Shown here in pieces: positions 23,622-36,990 of a stretch of 64,000 nt of DNA (its first letter is position 1; the number at the start of each line of letters is the position of its first letter). Source of the stretch: Heteronotia binoei (taxonomy: Eukaryota); NCBI RefSeq assembly GCF_032191835.1, contig NC_083229.1:88288001-88352000 (forward strand). The letters are read 5' to 3'. The notes under the pieces were generated by a model. That model saw only the letters and a list, made by a program, of their open reading frames with translations, did no database searches and was not told the DNA's origin. A program made the translations under genes and the position numbers.

Positions 23622-23860
23622 CTGGGAGAACCGGGGCTGATTCCTCACTCCTCCACTTGCACCTGCTGAAATGGCCTTGGGTTAACCATAGCTATCGCAG
23701 GAGTTGTCATTGAAAGGGCAGCTGCTGTGAGAGCCCTCTCAGCCCCACCTACCTCACAGGATGTCTGTTGTGGGGGAAGAAGATATAGGAGATTGTAAAC
23801 CACTCTGAGTCTCTGATTCAGAGAGAAGGACGGGGTATAAATCTGCAGTCTTCTTCTTCT
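23622..23860 (+). mobile_element. Squam3-like SINE, 5'-truncated
   Basis: Homologous to the 5376-5661 copy from ctgggagaaccgg to the (TTC)n tail. Confidence 0.85.
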
Positions 23861-25358
23861 TTACTGAGAAAGGCTGAACTGTCCAAACTGCCCCTAGAGG
23901 CCCACATCACGCCTTCAGAAAAACTGCCATAGGACATAAAGTCACTTAAATATTCTGACATATATTTTTGAAAAATTTGTCAAACATTATTTGTCAAAAT
24001 TCTTCAACTTGAAAGGAAGGACAATATATTCATAGCTAGGGGAAAATGGCAAACAGAGGCAAGTGTTGGGCCATGTTAAAAATAATTCTTCACTGTTTCT
24101 TTTCACCAAGTAAACATCAGATAACTATTAGCTTACTGATGTTGCTGAATTTAAATTTCCTGTGTAACAAGCACACAGCTCAACATAACTATCACACACA
24201 CCACAGTATTGCAAACAAAAAAATGCAGCTGAAATACAGATGCTTGAGTTGAAAGACTGGAACAACAAACAGCCCCTCAGCCAAATACATGTTATTTTAA
24301 ATTGTTCAGGTTTACAATTCAGAGAACAAGCAAACTTTGAATTTTGGGCAATGAATCTTAAGAAAGCTTCATGAGCATTAAGACACTTTCACAGAACAAC
24401 AATTCTGTTCCCACCACAATGATTACTTAATTGTATTGATTTAGAGATCTGGGCCACTTCGTAGACTAACATCATTGCTCTGGTAGGCATTATTATTCCA
24501 GGGCACTACTGTAAATTGTGCTCATCTAATCACCTTTATTTTTATTTAATCATCTCTATTTTTCTATCATCTAATCATTTGCATATCCTGCTCAAAAAAA
24601 GCCCTGACAATAACATTAAATGTTTAGCAGTTCAGCAAAGTATTTTGGATTATAAAGAATCTGGGTATGTTAGTTGAAATAAATCATAAGAAATTACAGC
24701 CTGAATTTTGTATGGTTTTAACATTTTGAAAGTCTTCCACCATCATAGTTAGGAAGAATTGCTTCAATCAAGATGGCTAGCCATTCCAAGAAATGTTCCA
24801 TTGACTGTAAATAATGAAATTTGGGAATACTAGTAAAAACTACATTAACATTTATATGGCAGCATAAACTTCCATTCATTGCTGCAAAACAAAAGTTACA
24901 GGAAAAAACCTGATGGATTTCTAAAATATCATGTGTACTGCACAGGGGGGGGGGGTTAAATTCCTTGAAAGAATGAATGTTTAATGGAAGGATACAATTG
25001 TTATAAAATTTTAAATCGTGAGATTGAGATCTGATGTGATGTCAGAGAAACTGACAATGCGATGTTCGGAAAAGTGAGATTATTTTAGATCTAAAAATTT
25101 GGTATGGTCTAAGATCCAAGTTTGGTCCCAGACTCTCAGACACAAGGAGGAGAAAAAAACTTAACCCAATAAAAATGAAGCAAGAACTGAAAAGTTAAGA
25201 CAGAAACCTAGTAGAGGGTCAACAGTTAAAATCTCACATATACTCATTATAAAGAAAAATACATGTATTTATTTTGAGAAAGTTAAAAACATACAAGGGC
25301 TCAATGACAGCCGCGTTACAAAGTACACATAACATATACACAAGGACCAATTATTGTG

Positions 25359-25398
25359 ACCTAACATGTTTCAGCCTGATAAGGCCTTCTTCAGAGGT
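25359..25398 (-). ncRNA. Minimal type I hammerhead ribozyme (PLE-derived)
   Basis: The minus strand reads ACCU-CUGAAGA-A-GGCCU(UAUC)AGGCU-GAAAC-AU-GUU-AGGU: stem I 4 bp, stem II 5 bp, palindromic stem III (AACAUGUU), GUU triplet. Confidence 0.72.
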
Positions 25399-28300
25399 AA
25401 AGCAATATGAGGTACAAATTGGCACATTACAAAGAAATGGCAAACAATATGTCAATACTGGACCAAAAAAGGAATGTTCCAAAGCAAAATTAATAAATAC
25501 AAGACATGGATGTTCATGAGGCCTCTTAGGAATAAGTCATGTGTCAGTGCAGTCATGTGTCCACAGATAAAAGATATTGCTATTGTGTATCTTCCAATTC
25601 TGGTCCAGAAAGTAACAATGGATTCAATTAATCAGAGCCAAAACGCCCTGAATAGAAATCCTTCCAGTTTGCTGGTTTGAAAACTGTGATTCAAGCAATT
25701 GGGTTGTTCACAAATCATCCATGAACTACCTTTTTGTTTTTGGGCGGTAGTTCAGTTCGTAGGTGCAGTAGAATGCCTCAGCAAGAAAAAGGAAGGCATT
25801 CAATTGAGGACATTTTGGCTCCAATTAATTGAATACATTGTTATTTTCTGAAAATCTACTAAGTTTCTTCCTTACCTTTTCAGTTCTTGATTTAGTCCCA
25901 GACCCTTTAACATCAGTATTTTATAACAAACTAAAACTTGTTATACATAGTGGACATTCAGCTGTAGCTCTCTTCTTGTCACTACAGGATCCATGGCCTG
26001 TTTAAACAAGGCTTGCGATTCTATCAAGACTCAGTATAATTAATGAAGAGCTACAGATCTTTTCTGTTGTTGTTATGAATTCAGAAGTTTTGATTAAGGA
26101 TGGACATGAACTGACATATGAATCAAAGTTTATGAAATGTTGGGCCAGTTTGTTGATTTGTGAACCACGATTCGGGCAATTGTGTTGTTCATAAACCACT
26201 CACAAAATGCCATTCCATTCCAGCGAAGCGGACGGCTCACGTACACACCATATGTCACCTATACCTGCAAGCAACCTACCCACCCCAGGAGTGGTTAATC
26301 GTCCAACCGCCACTTTCTTTGTTTGACGGAACTCTAGACAAAGACTGGTGCCCAGAAGAAGACAGAAGAAGAGGAAGACCATCTTCAGCCAGAGCCAAGT
26401 TCCTTTGTACAAACTGGGTGTTACCTAGGCCATGATATGACTCTCTATTGTCACCCTTTTAGATAAATCTAATAGTCCTAAGCATCTCCCCACCCAAGTA
26501 ATCTCTCTATTCTTCGTCCCAACTGTCATTTTGGAGCCTCCCCTTGGTCCATTTCAACCTGAAAGCTCACTCAGATATCCAGGATCCAGGCAAGTCCATT
26601 GGTCAAGAGCAAGCACCCAATTAGGTGCCACCAATGAACTTTCTATTGGTTGTCGCAGTAGTCCAGCCCTTATGGTCACTGCGAAACCTCCCCTTTTTGT
26701 GAGGTCATGCCCCAGCTGACCACCTTCCTCCTCCCTCATACCTCCCATCCCCTAAGGGCTCAAGAGAGTCCTTATAATCTGTGGACTAGCTACCCACAGG
26801 TGTGCTTCTATCAGTATCCCAACTTCTGCTGCATAGATCCATCCCGGATTCCTGATCAGTTTCGGGTCCCTTCTCCCACTTCCTCGCTTGTCGCCATTGG
26901 AGCCTTCCTTGAAGACTATGATAGGTAAATATCGCCCTGTTTGTCTACCCATGTGTTCCCCTATCTATCTATGTTTCCTAGGACTGAATGTATGTTTTGA
27001 TGAGTATTGTATCTTGTATGGAAGCCTATTTTTTTTTCTTAATAAATTATAATTGTTTTACTTAATTAGAGTCCCTAATATTTTAAGCATTACTTTTCTG
27101 GGCGTGGAATCCTATATACACAGGTAAAAAGATCCTGAGTGAGCCAGGTGCCCACCTGACAATTCCCCAACCTCGTTTTGAGGGCATTTTGGCTTACAGT
27201 ATGAGAAAATGAGCAACGTTTAACAGTGGATTTAAAGTGAAGCATCCCTTCACAAACCCTTCGACCAATTACCTCTCAACTGAATGTAACCACAAAAATG
27301 AATAAACAAGACAAAATATGGATAATCTACTGAATTTCTCTAAATTACCTCACCACTGATTCTGTATAAATCTATAAATTCTTTGGGTCACTGTTCTGTT
27401 ACAGGTGTAGACTTCTGTTGAAGCTATTTACAATACAATTACCATTCCAAGAATATCGGCTTTTGGAAATGCCTAAATCACTAGCATGTAACCCAAATTA
27501 AAGATGGCTGAATGAAAATGCTAGTATCACAACAAGCCTGAATTAATTCTGTCAATTAAAGCTTTCCAAGAATACTCAATGAAAAATGCATTTCAAGAAC
27601 ATACAAACCAGAATAGCCAATGAGCCACACTACATCCAGCACTTAAAATTCCCAAATCAATGGACTTGGAACAGACAATGGTGGGAGAGAAAGGAATATA
27701 ACCAACAGCTTTGGAAATTCTGAACTGTAGATTAAGCGATTTAAGAGCAAATTTTCACTGCAGTTGTGTACTTTTGTTCTGAACTTTGAACCTCTGCCAG
27801 GTCAGAGACCATATATATATTTAGCTAACAGCTTGAATTGTGAGACAAGGCAGCATATGATCAAGCATTTTGGAGCTTCCAATGCACCTTTGCATTACGG
27901 CCAAACTTCTAAGACAAGCATTATTGTAACTTATTATTTTGACATTTAGCTGTTTTTGACAATGCACATAATTTGCAAATCTACAGAGGAATACAATTTA
28001 TCATAAAGAGATTGTGACAAGGTCCACATTCACCCCATTTTCCCCATAAGATTGCTTGTAGTTAATGCAAAAGTTGGATCCCCCCAATATATATATATAT
28101 GAAAAACCATCAAAATTAAGATGGTTGGAGGCTTCCATATTATCAGACTACATATATTTGAAAGTTCAAAGTAACATTAACTTAAAAGTTCTGAAAAGTG
28201 AGACTACCTGCCAATTCCAAATTTATATAGGAGAATGAGAAAAGAAAATTAGACAAAGCAAATAACACTCAGTTTTTTAAAAGAAAGAGTTTGTGTGATT

Positions 28301-28738
28301 TACATAGGTAAGATCAGCTTCATTTTCTCCTTACCACTGCAATTTTGCCAAGTAATGGTAATCATTATTCTGATAATATACAACTCTTTACAGTCGAATC
28401 TATGCAGGGCTACTGAACTCATTGAAATCAATGTGTCTGGTCTAGACTGACTACATAAATTTAGTCAAAGTTCCTTTTAATCTCCAGTATTGTGAGCAAA
28501 AATTCTACCTCATGATCAAAAAAGGCTAGTAGCATTAAAGTTGTGAGCAATTATACATTTGACTGTTGCATAAATTAGTTTTAGAAGATTATTTCTATAA
28601 CCATAATTCTTTTAAACTATATTTTAAGAATAATTTAAACATTATAAGAGAAAATAGAATCAAGTCAAATTTCACTGCAGAAAATGTTGTCCTCTACGTG
28701 GGTGCACCAGGCCTCCATAGAATAAATTTACCTGCCCC

Positions 28739-28988
28739 ATTGGTAGACCTGGCCTTTGGAAAATAGGCCTACCCATCCCTTTCACTGGGTCTCCAGAGAA
28801 CAGGTCTACCCATCATTTCCCACCATATTGATATACTTGGCCTCTAGAGAAGAGGTCTACTCACCCCTTTCCACTATTATACTGTTAGACCTGGCCGCCA
28901 GAGAATAGGTCTACCCACTCAGTTCACGATATTTCCACAGGAGAACAGGTCTACCCTCCCCTTTCCACTATATTGGTAGATCTGGCAT
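28739..28988. repeat. Degenerate minisatellite, about 5 units of 40-55 bp, with an internal inverted motif
   Basis: Recurrent agagaacaggtctaccc..cctttccacta..gtagacctggcc. Confidence 0.7.
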
Positions 28989-29239
28989 CAGACCATTGCC
29001 TTAGAAAACATACCAGCATTTGGGGGTGGGGGGACTCTTGTAGTCAACTTTGTTTTTTATTTAGTGAAATATGACCACCAGCATTACAGGTCAAGTATAA
29101 CTGTCAGAACCCTGACTAACCTAACAAACAGAAAGTTGCTTAGTTATCAACTAGCCCAGACTATTATTTATTAAAATATTTATATTCCACTTTTCCCTGT
29201 GACTCAAACTAGCTTACAAATCAAACTGAGAAGCATAAT

Positions 29240-29520
29240 AGGGGTGCAAAAAAAAATCTCCCCCCCAGCTCCATTGTAGCCTATGGAGATTATTAGTGTC
29301 AATGGACTCCATAGGTTATAATGTAAAATTGATGTGGGGTTCTCCGGGGCTTTGGGAGGGGCTGTTTTTTGAGACAGACACACCAAATCTACAGCATAGC
29401 TGCTGGTGCCTCTCCTCAACCTACCCCAAGTTTAAAAAAGATTGGACCACGGGGTTCAATTCTATGGGCCTTGGAAGGATGTGCTCCATTCTCCATTGTT
29501 TACATTGGAGGTAGAAAATT
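29240..29520. mobile_element. hAT MITE internal fragment
   Basis: Shares ggggctgttttttgag..tgcctctc..ccccaagttt..gattggacca.ggggt.caattctatg with the intact 61326-61834 element. Confidence 0.6.
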
Positions 29521-29989
29521 CTCTCTCAGTTGTGGGCTGTAACAATTTACTCTGTGCTGCTGGCTGAAATGTTGTGTGCCAGCACCCTCTAGTGCAGCTT
29601 AAAGGGGACTTTGCTCTTAGTATATATATTTAGCATGCTCATTAGCAGTAAGACAAGAAATCAGAAGAGAATCACCATACCATTTAATTCCTTGTAGTCA
29701 GGGGGAAAAAGCTTTTAAACAGTAACTCATTTAGGAATCCAGACAGTAAAGAGGAACACCCTTTCATCACTGCTTCATTAATTTATTATTTATTATTTCA
29801 GTTCTGTGATCCACTTAAACTGTGAACTTGGATATCTGTTTTGATTTGTTATAGAGCCAATCGTCTTTTCAATAACCAAAGAGAAATCACAAGGCTAGAC
29901 AGAACATTTGCCTTAAAGCAGCAACAAGGAGTGTGCACAAAAGAATTATGGTGGGGGTTTTTTAATTCACGTCTATTGGACCCCAAAAA

Positions 29990-30574
29990 TATTGGTATTT
30001 CCTGATATTCCTGGGTAAATATCCAGGAAACCTGAATTTATTTGGCTCCATTATACCCTATGGGAACCATTCCACTGCTCTGGAACCTCTCCTGACCCCC
30101 CCCCCAAGTTTTAAAAAGATTGAACTAGGGGCTCCAATTCTATAGGCCCCAAAGAAGGTGCCCCGATTCTCCATTGCTTTCAATGGAGGGGGGAAACATT
30201 TAAAGAGATCGTGGTCTCTTTAAATGCCTTCTCTAAACTGTGCTGCTGTATGACTGAGTGAGTGAACTCAGAAGGTATTTAAAGAAACCACAGCCTCTTT
30301 AAATGCCTTGCCTTCTCCAAGCCATACTGCTGCCACCGCTGTGATAGTGCAGCACAGTGAGTGAACTCAGAAGGCATTAAAAGAGACCACAGTCTTTTTT
30401 AAATGCCTTCTCCAAGCTGCACCTGAATAAAAGCTGAATATCATAATCTTTTATTCAGGCTCAGCTATATCGGTAGTCAAAACAGATCCTCTAATCTGTA
30501 TTAGGCTTTAAAATACCTGAAAAATACCAGTAAGGTATTTTTTTTGGCTTGGATAAACCGAATGCATACCCCTA
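29990..30574. mobile_element. hAT-type MITE remnant with three palindromic units
   Basis: Same internal motif as above (30100-30190); three aaggcatttaaaga..tctttaaatgcctt hairpins; ends gcataccccta. Confidence 0.5.
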
Positions 30575-31789
30575 GCAGCAACCACTAAAAATATGAGCTT
30601 ACTGAAACATACTAATGAAAAGTTCACCTCAGCATGTCAAATGTAATATTGTATCCTATGAAAGGATGCATTCCCTTAATAATCTTGGGAAGAATAACAG
30701 TGCTTTCACTGCTTATTCTCTTTGAAATAATAGTAAAAAAACAGACTTGGCAATTTCAAATACAAACTCAGAACAGACTTTTAATCTGTTAGGTCTGGAG
30801 TCTTTGTATGGAGAAAGTGTTGCAAGAAATTACTAGTATACAGATGAGAAATCCAGGTGGAATGGAAAATAAGAAAGGAGAAACAGCTGTTTGTAGAAGA
30901 ACAAAATGGGACAGGAAGAAACAGGAAAAAAAGAAAGAACAGTTTAGTATTAACAAGAGGGGGAAAGCATCACCTTCCAACATCTGTATTATACTATGGG
31001 AAAAAGAGTTTTAAGAAAAATTAAGTGAAATATATGGAAGCTAGTCACCCTACAGCAAGACAGTGAATTATGTGAATAAAAATAGCACAAGTACTAAACA
31101 GTAGCCTGTCAAATAAGACAAGGTAGGCAGAAAAGTGGCAGCAAAGAAGCTGTTTAGTTTTCTGTTTTATAGGAAACTTACTCTATTAATAGTTGACTGA
31201 CATTGACCAGTAGTTTTACAACTTCAAATTAGAATAAATACTTCAACTTCCCGTTCCCTTTAGAGACAGAGTCATATATGTAAAGAAAGGAAAAGTTTCA
31301 CCAAATCACTTCCAACCCAAATCAATTTGATGTTGCTTGTAGCATAAAACCAATGCACATTAGACACCGTAGAGAGGCAAGAAAGAAGTGTGGGCGAAAC
31401 TAGGGTGTTGTATTTGGACACAGGAAACTCAGATAGAAGACACTACTCAACTGTGAAGCTCTTAGGTAAATGTGGTCTTAAGTAAATGTGCTTCTCAACA
31501 TAGCTAATTCTCATAGGGTTGTTTCAGGGTTAAGAACACAGTCCTGGGGTGCTGGGAGGAAGTTGTGAAAGTTCTATGGCAATTTCAGTGTATCTGTCAA
31601 TACACTAGGCATACTTTTACGCACGGAAGCACTCTGGATAAAGTGACACTCATAGCATACACCATCCCTCCCTCCCTCCCTTCCTTTGTAGCATTGCTCT
31701 ACACAGACTACACAGACCACAGAAAAGGCTCAGATACTACTGACCAAACAGCAGCCCAAATTAGATCAGACTAGCAATAGCCAACATAC

Positions 31790-32400
31790 AATCATAGAAC
31801 TGGAAGGGACCTCCAGGGACATCTAGACCAAACCCCTGCACAATGAAGGAAACTCACAAATACCTCCCCCTAAATTCACAGGATCTTCATTGCTGTCAGA
31901 TGGCCATCTAGCCTCTGTTTAAAAACCTCCAAAGAAGGAGAGCCCCCCCTCCCCAAGGGAGTCTGTTTCACTGAGGAACCACTCTGTCAGGAAGTTCTTC
32001 CTAATGTTGAGCCAGAAACTCTTTTGATTTAATTTCAACCCATTAGTTCTAGTCCTACCTTCTGGGACCACAGAAAACAATTCCACACATTCCTCTATGA
32101 TAGCCCTTCAAGTACTTGAATATGGTGATCATATTCATCGCCCTCCTCTGGACCCGTTCCAGCTTGTCTATATCCTTCCTAAAATGTGGTGCCCAAAATT
32201 TAACACAATACTCCAGGGTGAGGTCTTACCAGAACAGAGTAAAGCGATACCATCACTTCATGTGATCTGGACACTATACTTCTGTTGATACAGCCCAAAA
32301 TTGCATTTGCCTTTTTAACCACCACATCACACTGTTGACTCATGTTCAGCATATGATCCACTAAGACCCCTAGATCCTTTTCGCACATACTACTGCTAAG
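31790..32400 (-). mobile_element. CR1 LINE 3' fragment (old, internally deleted)
   Basis: EKDLGVLVDHMLNMSQQC..KKANAILGCINRSI; CR1 3'UTR and tail near 31790. Confidence 0.88.
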
Positions 32401-33269
32401 GGGGGTTACAAAGAGGACACACTTGTGTTTTCTGGGTGAGGGGGAGTTGCTTTGTTACTATTAATATAGTATTAATTCTTATTTTAATAAGGGGGAGGGG
32501 TTTTGGGGGAGAGGATAGCATTTATTTAAAAAAAGCTGCTCTATAAATAATTTTTTCTATATGAGAGAAAGATAGCTGAGGGCACCTTCTTTAGGGGGCC
32601 ATAAAGCTGGACTCCTTTGACCAATTCCCTTGGAACTTGAGGGGGGTGGTCTTTATCAGAGAACTTGATTAGCTGTGATTTTGGTGTCATTTTTTGAAAA
32701 AAACAGTTGCTCCAGAAAATCGTCCATCCTCTTCATATGAAACAATGAGCAGACATCTTATCTGACGTTATAAAAACAGAAATTTTCCCCGACATAATTT
32801 TTCTGATATAATAAACACTCCATCCCTGACATTTAATAAAAAAATAATAATGCTACCTTTTCAGAAATTACAATACAGAATTAAAACAATTTTTCAAATG
32901 TGTACCCTTAGTAGGCAGCACCCTGATGCTCAGATTGTTGGGACTAATTAGCATGAGCAAATGTGGTACTGCATAAATAATTTCACCTACAGTCTTGCAT
33001 TGCCTGAATCACCTATTGGGGAAGTAAAAGTGAACAATATCCCAAACAAAGACTCATCAACTTAGAGCAGTTTTAGAACCTTGGTCTTTGAACCCTCAGA
33101 TTTACAACTGGTCCAGATTCATATCTCCTGCTTTTAAGATGGTCAAACAAACCAAAAGAAAGCCTCACAAGTCCTCCTTTTAATATAGTCATTCCTAGGA
33201 CTGTAAGTCCAAACCAGGCAGTGTCTATTACTAGTTGTTTTATGTATTGTTCAACATAAATTATATGAA

Positions 33270-34730
33270 AAAAATAAGAAGCAGACAGTATTTTATGTTC
33301 CTTGATGCTGAAAAAGTGTTTAACAGAATATTACAGAAATTCATGAATTACTGTAATTTAGGAGGAAGGTTTAGTGAATGAATATATATGATGTATAAGA
33401 ACGCCAGAGCCAGAGAAAGTGAAAACAGGGTTTTGACGGAAGAACTGGAATCCACCAAGGCACAAGGCAAATATGCCCCTTATTGCTTGTAATGATGATA
33501 GAGGCACTTTCTATTATAATTAGAACTGGAATCGAAGTTTGCGGAGTCCAGATAGGGCAAGATAATTTCAAACTTCTCACTATGCATGGATGATCTAGCT
33601 CTGTCTATCACAAAGCCTTTTGAGTCAGTGCCAGTTGAGTTTTTTTCATTGGGGGGAGGGGTGATCTCAGGATATAAATTTAAAGAAATCAAGTTGGGTG
33701 GGTGTTAGCATGGATATATCTCAGAAGAACAAACTTGCTCATTTAATAGGCATCCCAAAGCACTGTCGTTCTATTAGATATTTGGGGATCTGGGTTCAGG
33801 AAGATATTATTAAGTTGTGGACATTAATAATAGGAAACATCTCTTGGAATCAGAAATGAGTCAAACAAACAATATCTTGGTTGGGGAGGACTGCCACTAT
33901 CAAAATGTATGTGTTACCAAGACTATTGTTTTTATTCATGAATAGTCCCATAACAATCAATCCAGGAATATTAAAAAGTTGACAAAAGTGGGTTCCCTTC
34001 TGTTTATCTGGCAAAACAAACCTTCTAGAGTTTCTGCTAGAATTTTGTATCAGAAACCTTCATCTGGTAAAATGAGTGTGCCTAATATATACGTTTATTA
34101 ACAAGCTGTTAGATTAAGCTCACTATTAAGATGGTTTAGGCCAGATAAGAATTTGAGTACTGTTGAAAAAGTAATCAACCGGAACTAGTCAACTATTGTT
34201 TGGTTTGTTGACAAGAAAAAGAAATATGAGTTTGTGAGTATTAATGCTGACTTAAATGTTTGGAGGAAATTGAGACTACTATCGAGTCCAGGTCTATCAC
34301 CATTAACATCTGCTATTTATGATGAAGAGGTGTGAGATGTGAGCTCTTTAGGAGATATTCAGCTATGGAAGAAAACTGTCTGAAGCTGAAAGTTTTTTAT
34401 ACAATGAGGGTATTCTCTCTTATGATCAAATTGTAGCTAAAATGAAGGAAGAAAGACTGCAATTATTCTAATTCTTTCCAGATTAGGCATATCATTTCAA
34501 CATTGATTCAAAAGCATGGGAAGTGCTGGCAGAAAATATTTTTTTGAAAATTGACTAATAGCTTGGTAGCTGGGAAAGTGCATGATTTCTATATATTAAT
34601 TTTGAATTGAGGGACAGCATTTGATAAACACCCAAGGAAATGGGAACGATTGTTGGGAGAAGGAATAACAATTAGAACTAGAATACAGAGGATTTGGTTC
34701 TCAGTATTGGAAATAACTCATGAGTAGGGA
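33270..34730 (+). mobile_element. Old, degraded L1-clade ORF2 remnant
   Basis: Scattered motifs LDAEKVFNRI, GTRQICP..IEALSIIIR, a decayed YADD region and LPRLLFLF; many stops and frameshifts. Confidence 0.7.
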
Positions 34731-35035
34731 TCGGCACGAATCGATGGAAGAACTGCGATTTGTGCTTAAAATGGCTGGTTCATGGTTCGTTATGAATCAG
34801 TTCAGCAAATGGTGCTGCACACACAATAAAAATGAAACAGCTTGCTATTGGGGCGATTCGACTATATTGTTATTGGTTCATTATCATAGAGCTTTCCCAA
34901 AGTGACATACTTTGTAAGTTAAGAAAAAGGATTGTTTGGTTATCTGAATATAGTCACTCTGTACCAGGCAGTTCAAAAGGCTATAGCAATTTTGTTAATC
35001 TAAAATAAACTGAAGATGAAAGCCACAGTTAACCA

Positions 35036-35204
35036 NNNNNNNNNNNNNNNNNNNNNNNNNNNNNNNNNNNNNNNNNNNNNNNNNNNNNNNNNNNNNNNNN
35101 NNNNNNNNNNNNNNNNNNNNNNNNNNNNNNNNNNNNNNNNNNNNNNNNNNNNNNNNNNNNNNNNNNNNNNNNNNNNNNNNNNNNNNNNNNNNNNNNNNNN
35201 NNNN
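35036..35204. other. Assembly gap (169 N)
   Basis: Run of N. Confidence 1.
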
Positions 35205-35324
35205 CCCTTATCAGATTCACACACCACTTCCAAAACAATTTTCTGAGTAAATTTACACCATTCACATAGTCATTGACATACCTTCAAGAAAACAAACCAA
35301 AATATCTGCAAGAAACATTCTTAC

Positions 35325-35420
35325 CTTGCATTGTTGTTTTTGTAGGTTCAGAGAAGAGAGGAATGAGCAGGAGGTAGATGAGGTAGACAAATGAAAGCCC
35401 ATTGTAGCGGAATGCACATG
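35325..35420 (-). CDS. PIEZO2: PIEZO2 coding exon 2 (96 bp, phase 1 to phase 1)
   Basis: Translates (A)CAFRYNGLSFVYLIYLLLIPLFSEPTKTTMQ(G), which I recognise as the PIEZO2 N-terminus. Acceptor ctgtcttttttctctttatctgtgcag; donor G|gtaaga. Confidence 0.95.
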
Positions 35421-36047
35421 CTGCACAGATAAAGAGAAAAAAGACAGCTAAGTGGGGTTATACAATGAATGCATCCATCAACTAATGTAAATTAACTGTA
35501 CAGAGATCTGAAAACAGTGTTGTGTACATAGGGATACACAAATTCTTCACATATAAACATTTGCACCATTTTATAAATATATGTGAATGAGACAGAAGAC
35601 AACATATATTTCTACTCCACCATTCCTCCAAGGAACTCATGGTGATATGCTTTCTGACTCTATTGTCAACTATACTACATGCTCGCACACAAACAGGGCT
35701 TTTCTGCATGCTTGACTTATTCCTGAATTTTTTTTTTTTTGCAACTGATCCACAAGCACTGGAATCAGTTTGGGCATGATTTTTCCACATGTCTGCCTGC
35801 CTTCTACATTTTTACAGTTGTGGAGTCAGTCCACACATGTCTGCAGTAATGACGATTTTCAGGAGAGCTGTCACCATCAGTTGTGTCACTGGTGGCATTA
35901 CAATATCGATATATTGCTAGAGAATTAACAATAGAATTAGCAGGAACTCTGAATCCCCAGCTTTTATTTTGAAAAGTGTAAGTCTTTAACCTCTCTCTCG
36001 TTGAGATATTTCTTATACTTCTGTGAAGGAAGGAGCAAAGAAGAGTT

Positions 36048-36248
36048 AGTTTTATACCCTACTCTTCGCTATCCAAAGGAGTATTGCAGAGATTTACAAT
36101 CACTTTCCCTTCCTCTCTTACAATCTCACTTATAATCATTTTCCCTTCCTCTTATGCGGAGGAGTGAGGAATCAAACCAGATTCTCCAGATTAGAGTCCT
36201 ACCACTTTTAACCACTATACCACACTGGCTTAACCACTACACCACTGG
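36048..36248 (-). mobile_element. Squam3-like SINE with an internal deletion and duplicated head
   Basis: tRNA-like head (taaccactataccacactggc, repeated) joined to the SINE 3' tail (tttataccc..atttacaatc). Confidence 0.65.
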
Positions 36249-36990
36249 TGAAGGACTTGCTTTTTTTTTTTTTTAATGAAATTTAGAAATTCAGAGAACT
36301 TACTAAGCCCATTGTTACAACACTCTAGCAATATGTCAATACTTTACTGCCATTTTTAAAAAGAAAATGAAACTACTCATCTTCTTGGTGAGGGGGAGGA
36401 ATGGTTTGACCATGAAAACCCAATCATTAAAAAGCAGGCTGGAGGTGTAAGTGGGAGTGAACAGGACTAAGAAAACCAACAAAAGCATTATGCACAAGGA
36501 AAAGGTGACTCAAAACTGGTTTGCACAAAAAAGGATCTGGGTAAAAGTGGTCTCACCCTCACCTGGAAAACCCAGGCTAGCTCAATCTTTTCAATTTTGA
36601 AGCTAAACAGGGCCAGTCCTGGCTGGTATTGAGATGGCAGACCACCAAAGAATACCAGGGATGTGACAGCAAAGGGAGGCAATGAGCAAACCTCTGTATG
36701 TTCTTGCCTTGAAAACTCTATGAGGTCACTAGCTATGACTTGATGGAGATTTTGTGTGTATATGTATATAGATAGATATAGCGGTCTCAAAAGAAATGGG
36801 GGAGGGGAGGACTGGAAGGAAAACAAAAAAAAATCTCCAAAGGACAACACCCCCTCCCAAGTGGAAACTAAAAGCACAAAAATGTCTGCAAAGATCAGAG
36901 GATAAACCAAAGTGGTATGGGGCCAGAACTGACAACAAAAAAAGAAAAAGGAAAAGCTCACAGAGACCGGCTGTATCTTATCTAGGCATG

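Noticed and set aside
26419-27160. Solo-LTR-like stretch (TG..CA candidates, TATA-like and AATAAA)
   Set aside because: No TSD or second copy found, so boundaries cannot be supported.
35200-35246. 'EVVC' peptide resembling the PIEZO2 start MASEVVC
   Set aside because: It lies downstream of exon 2, has no start context and abuts the gap; a chance 4-residue match. ORFs spanning the N-runs are artefacts.
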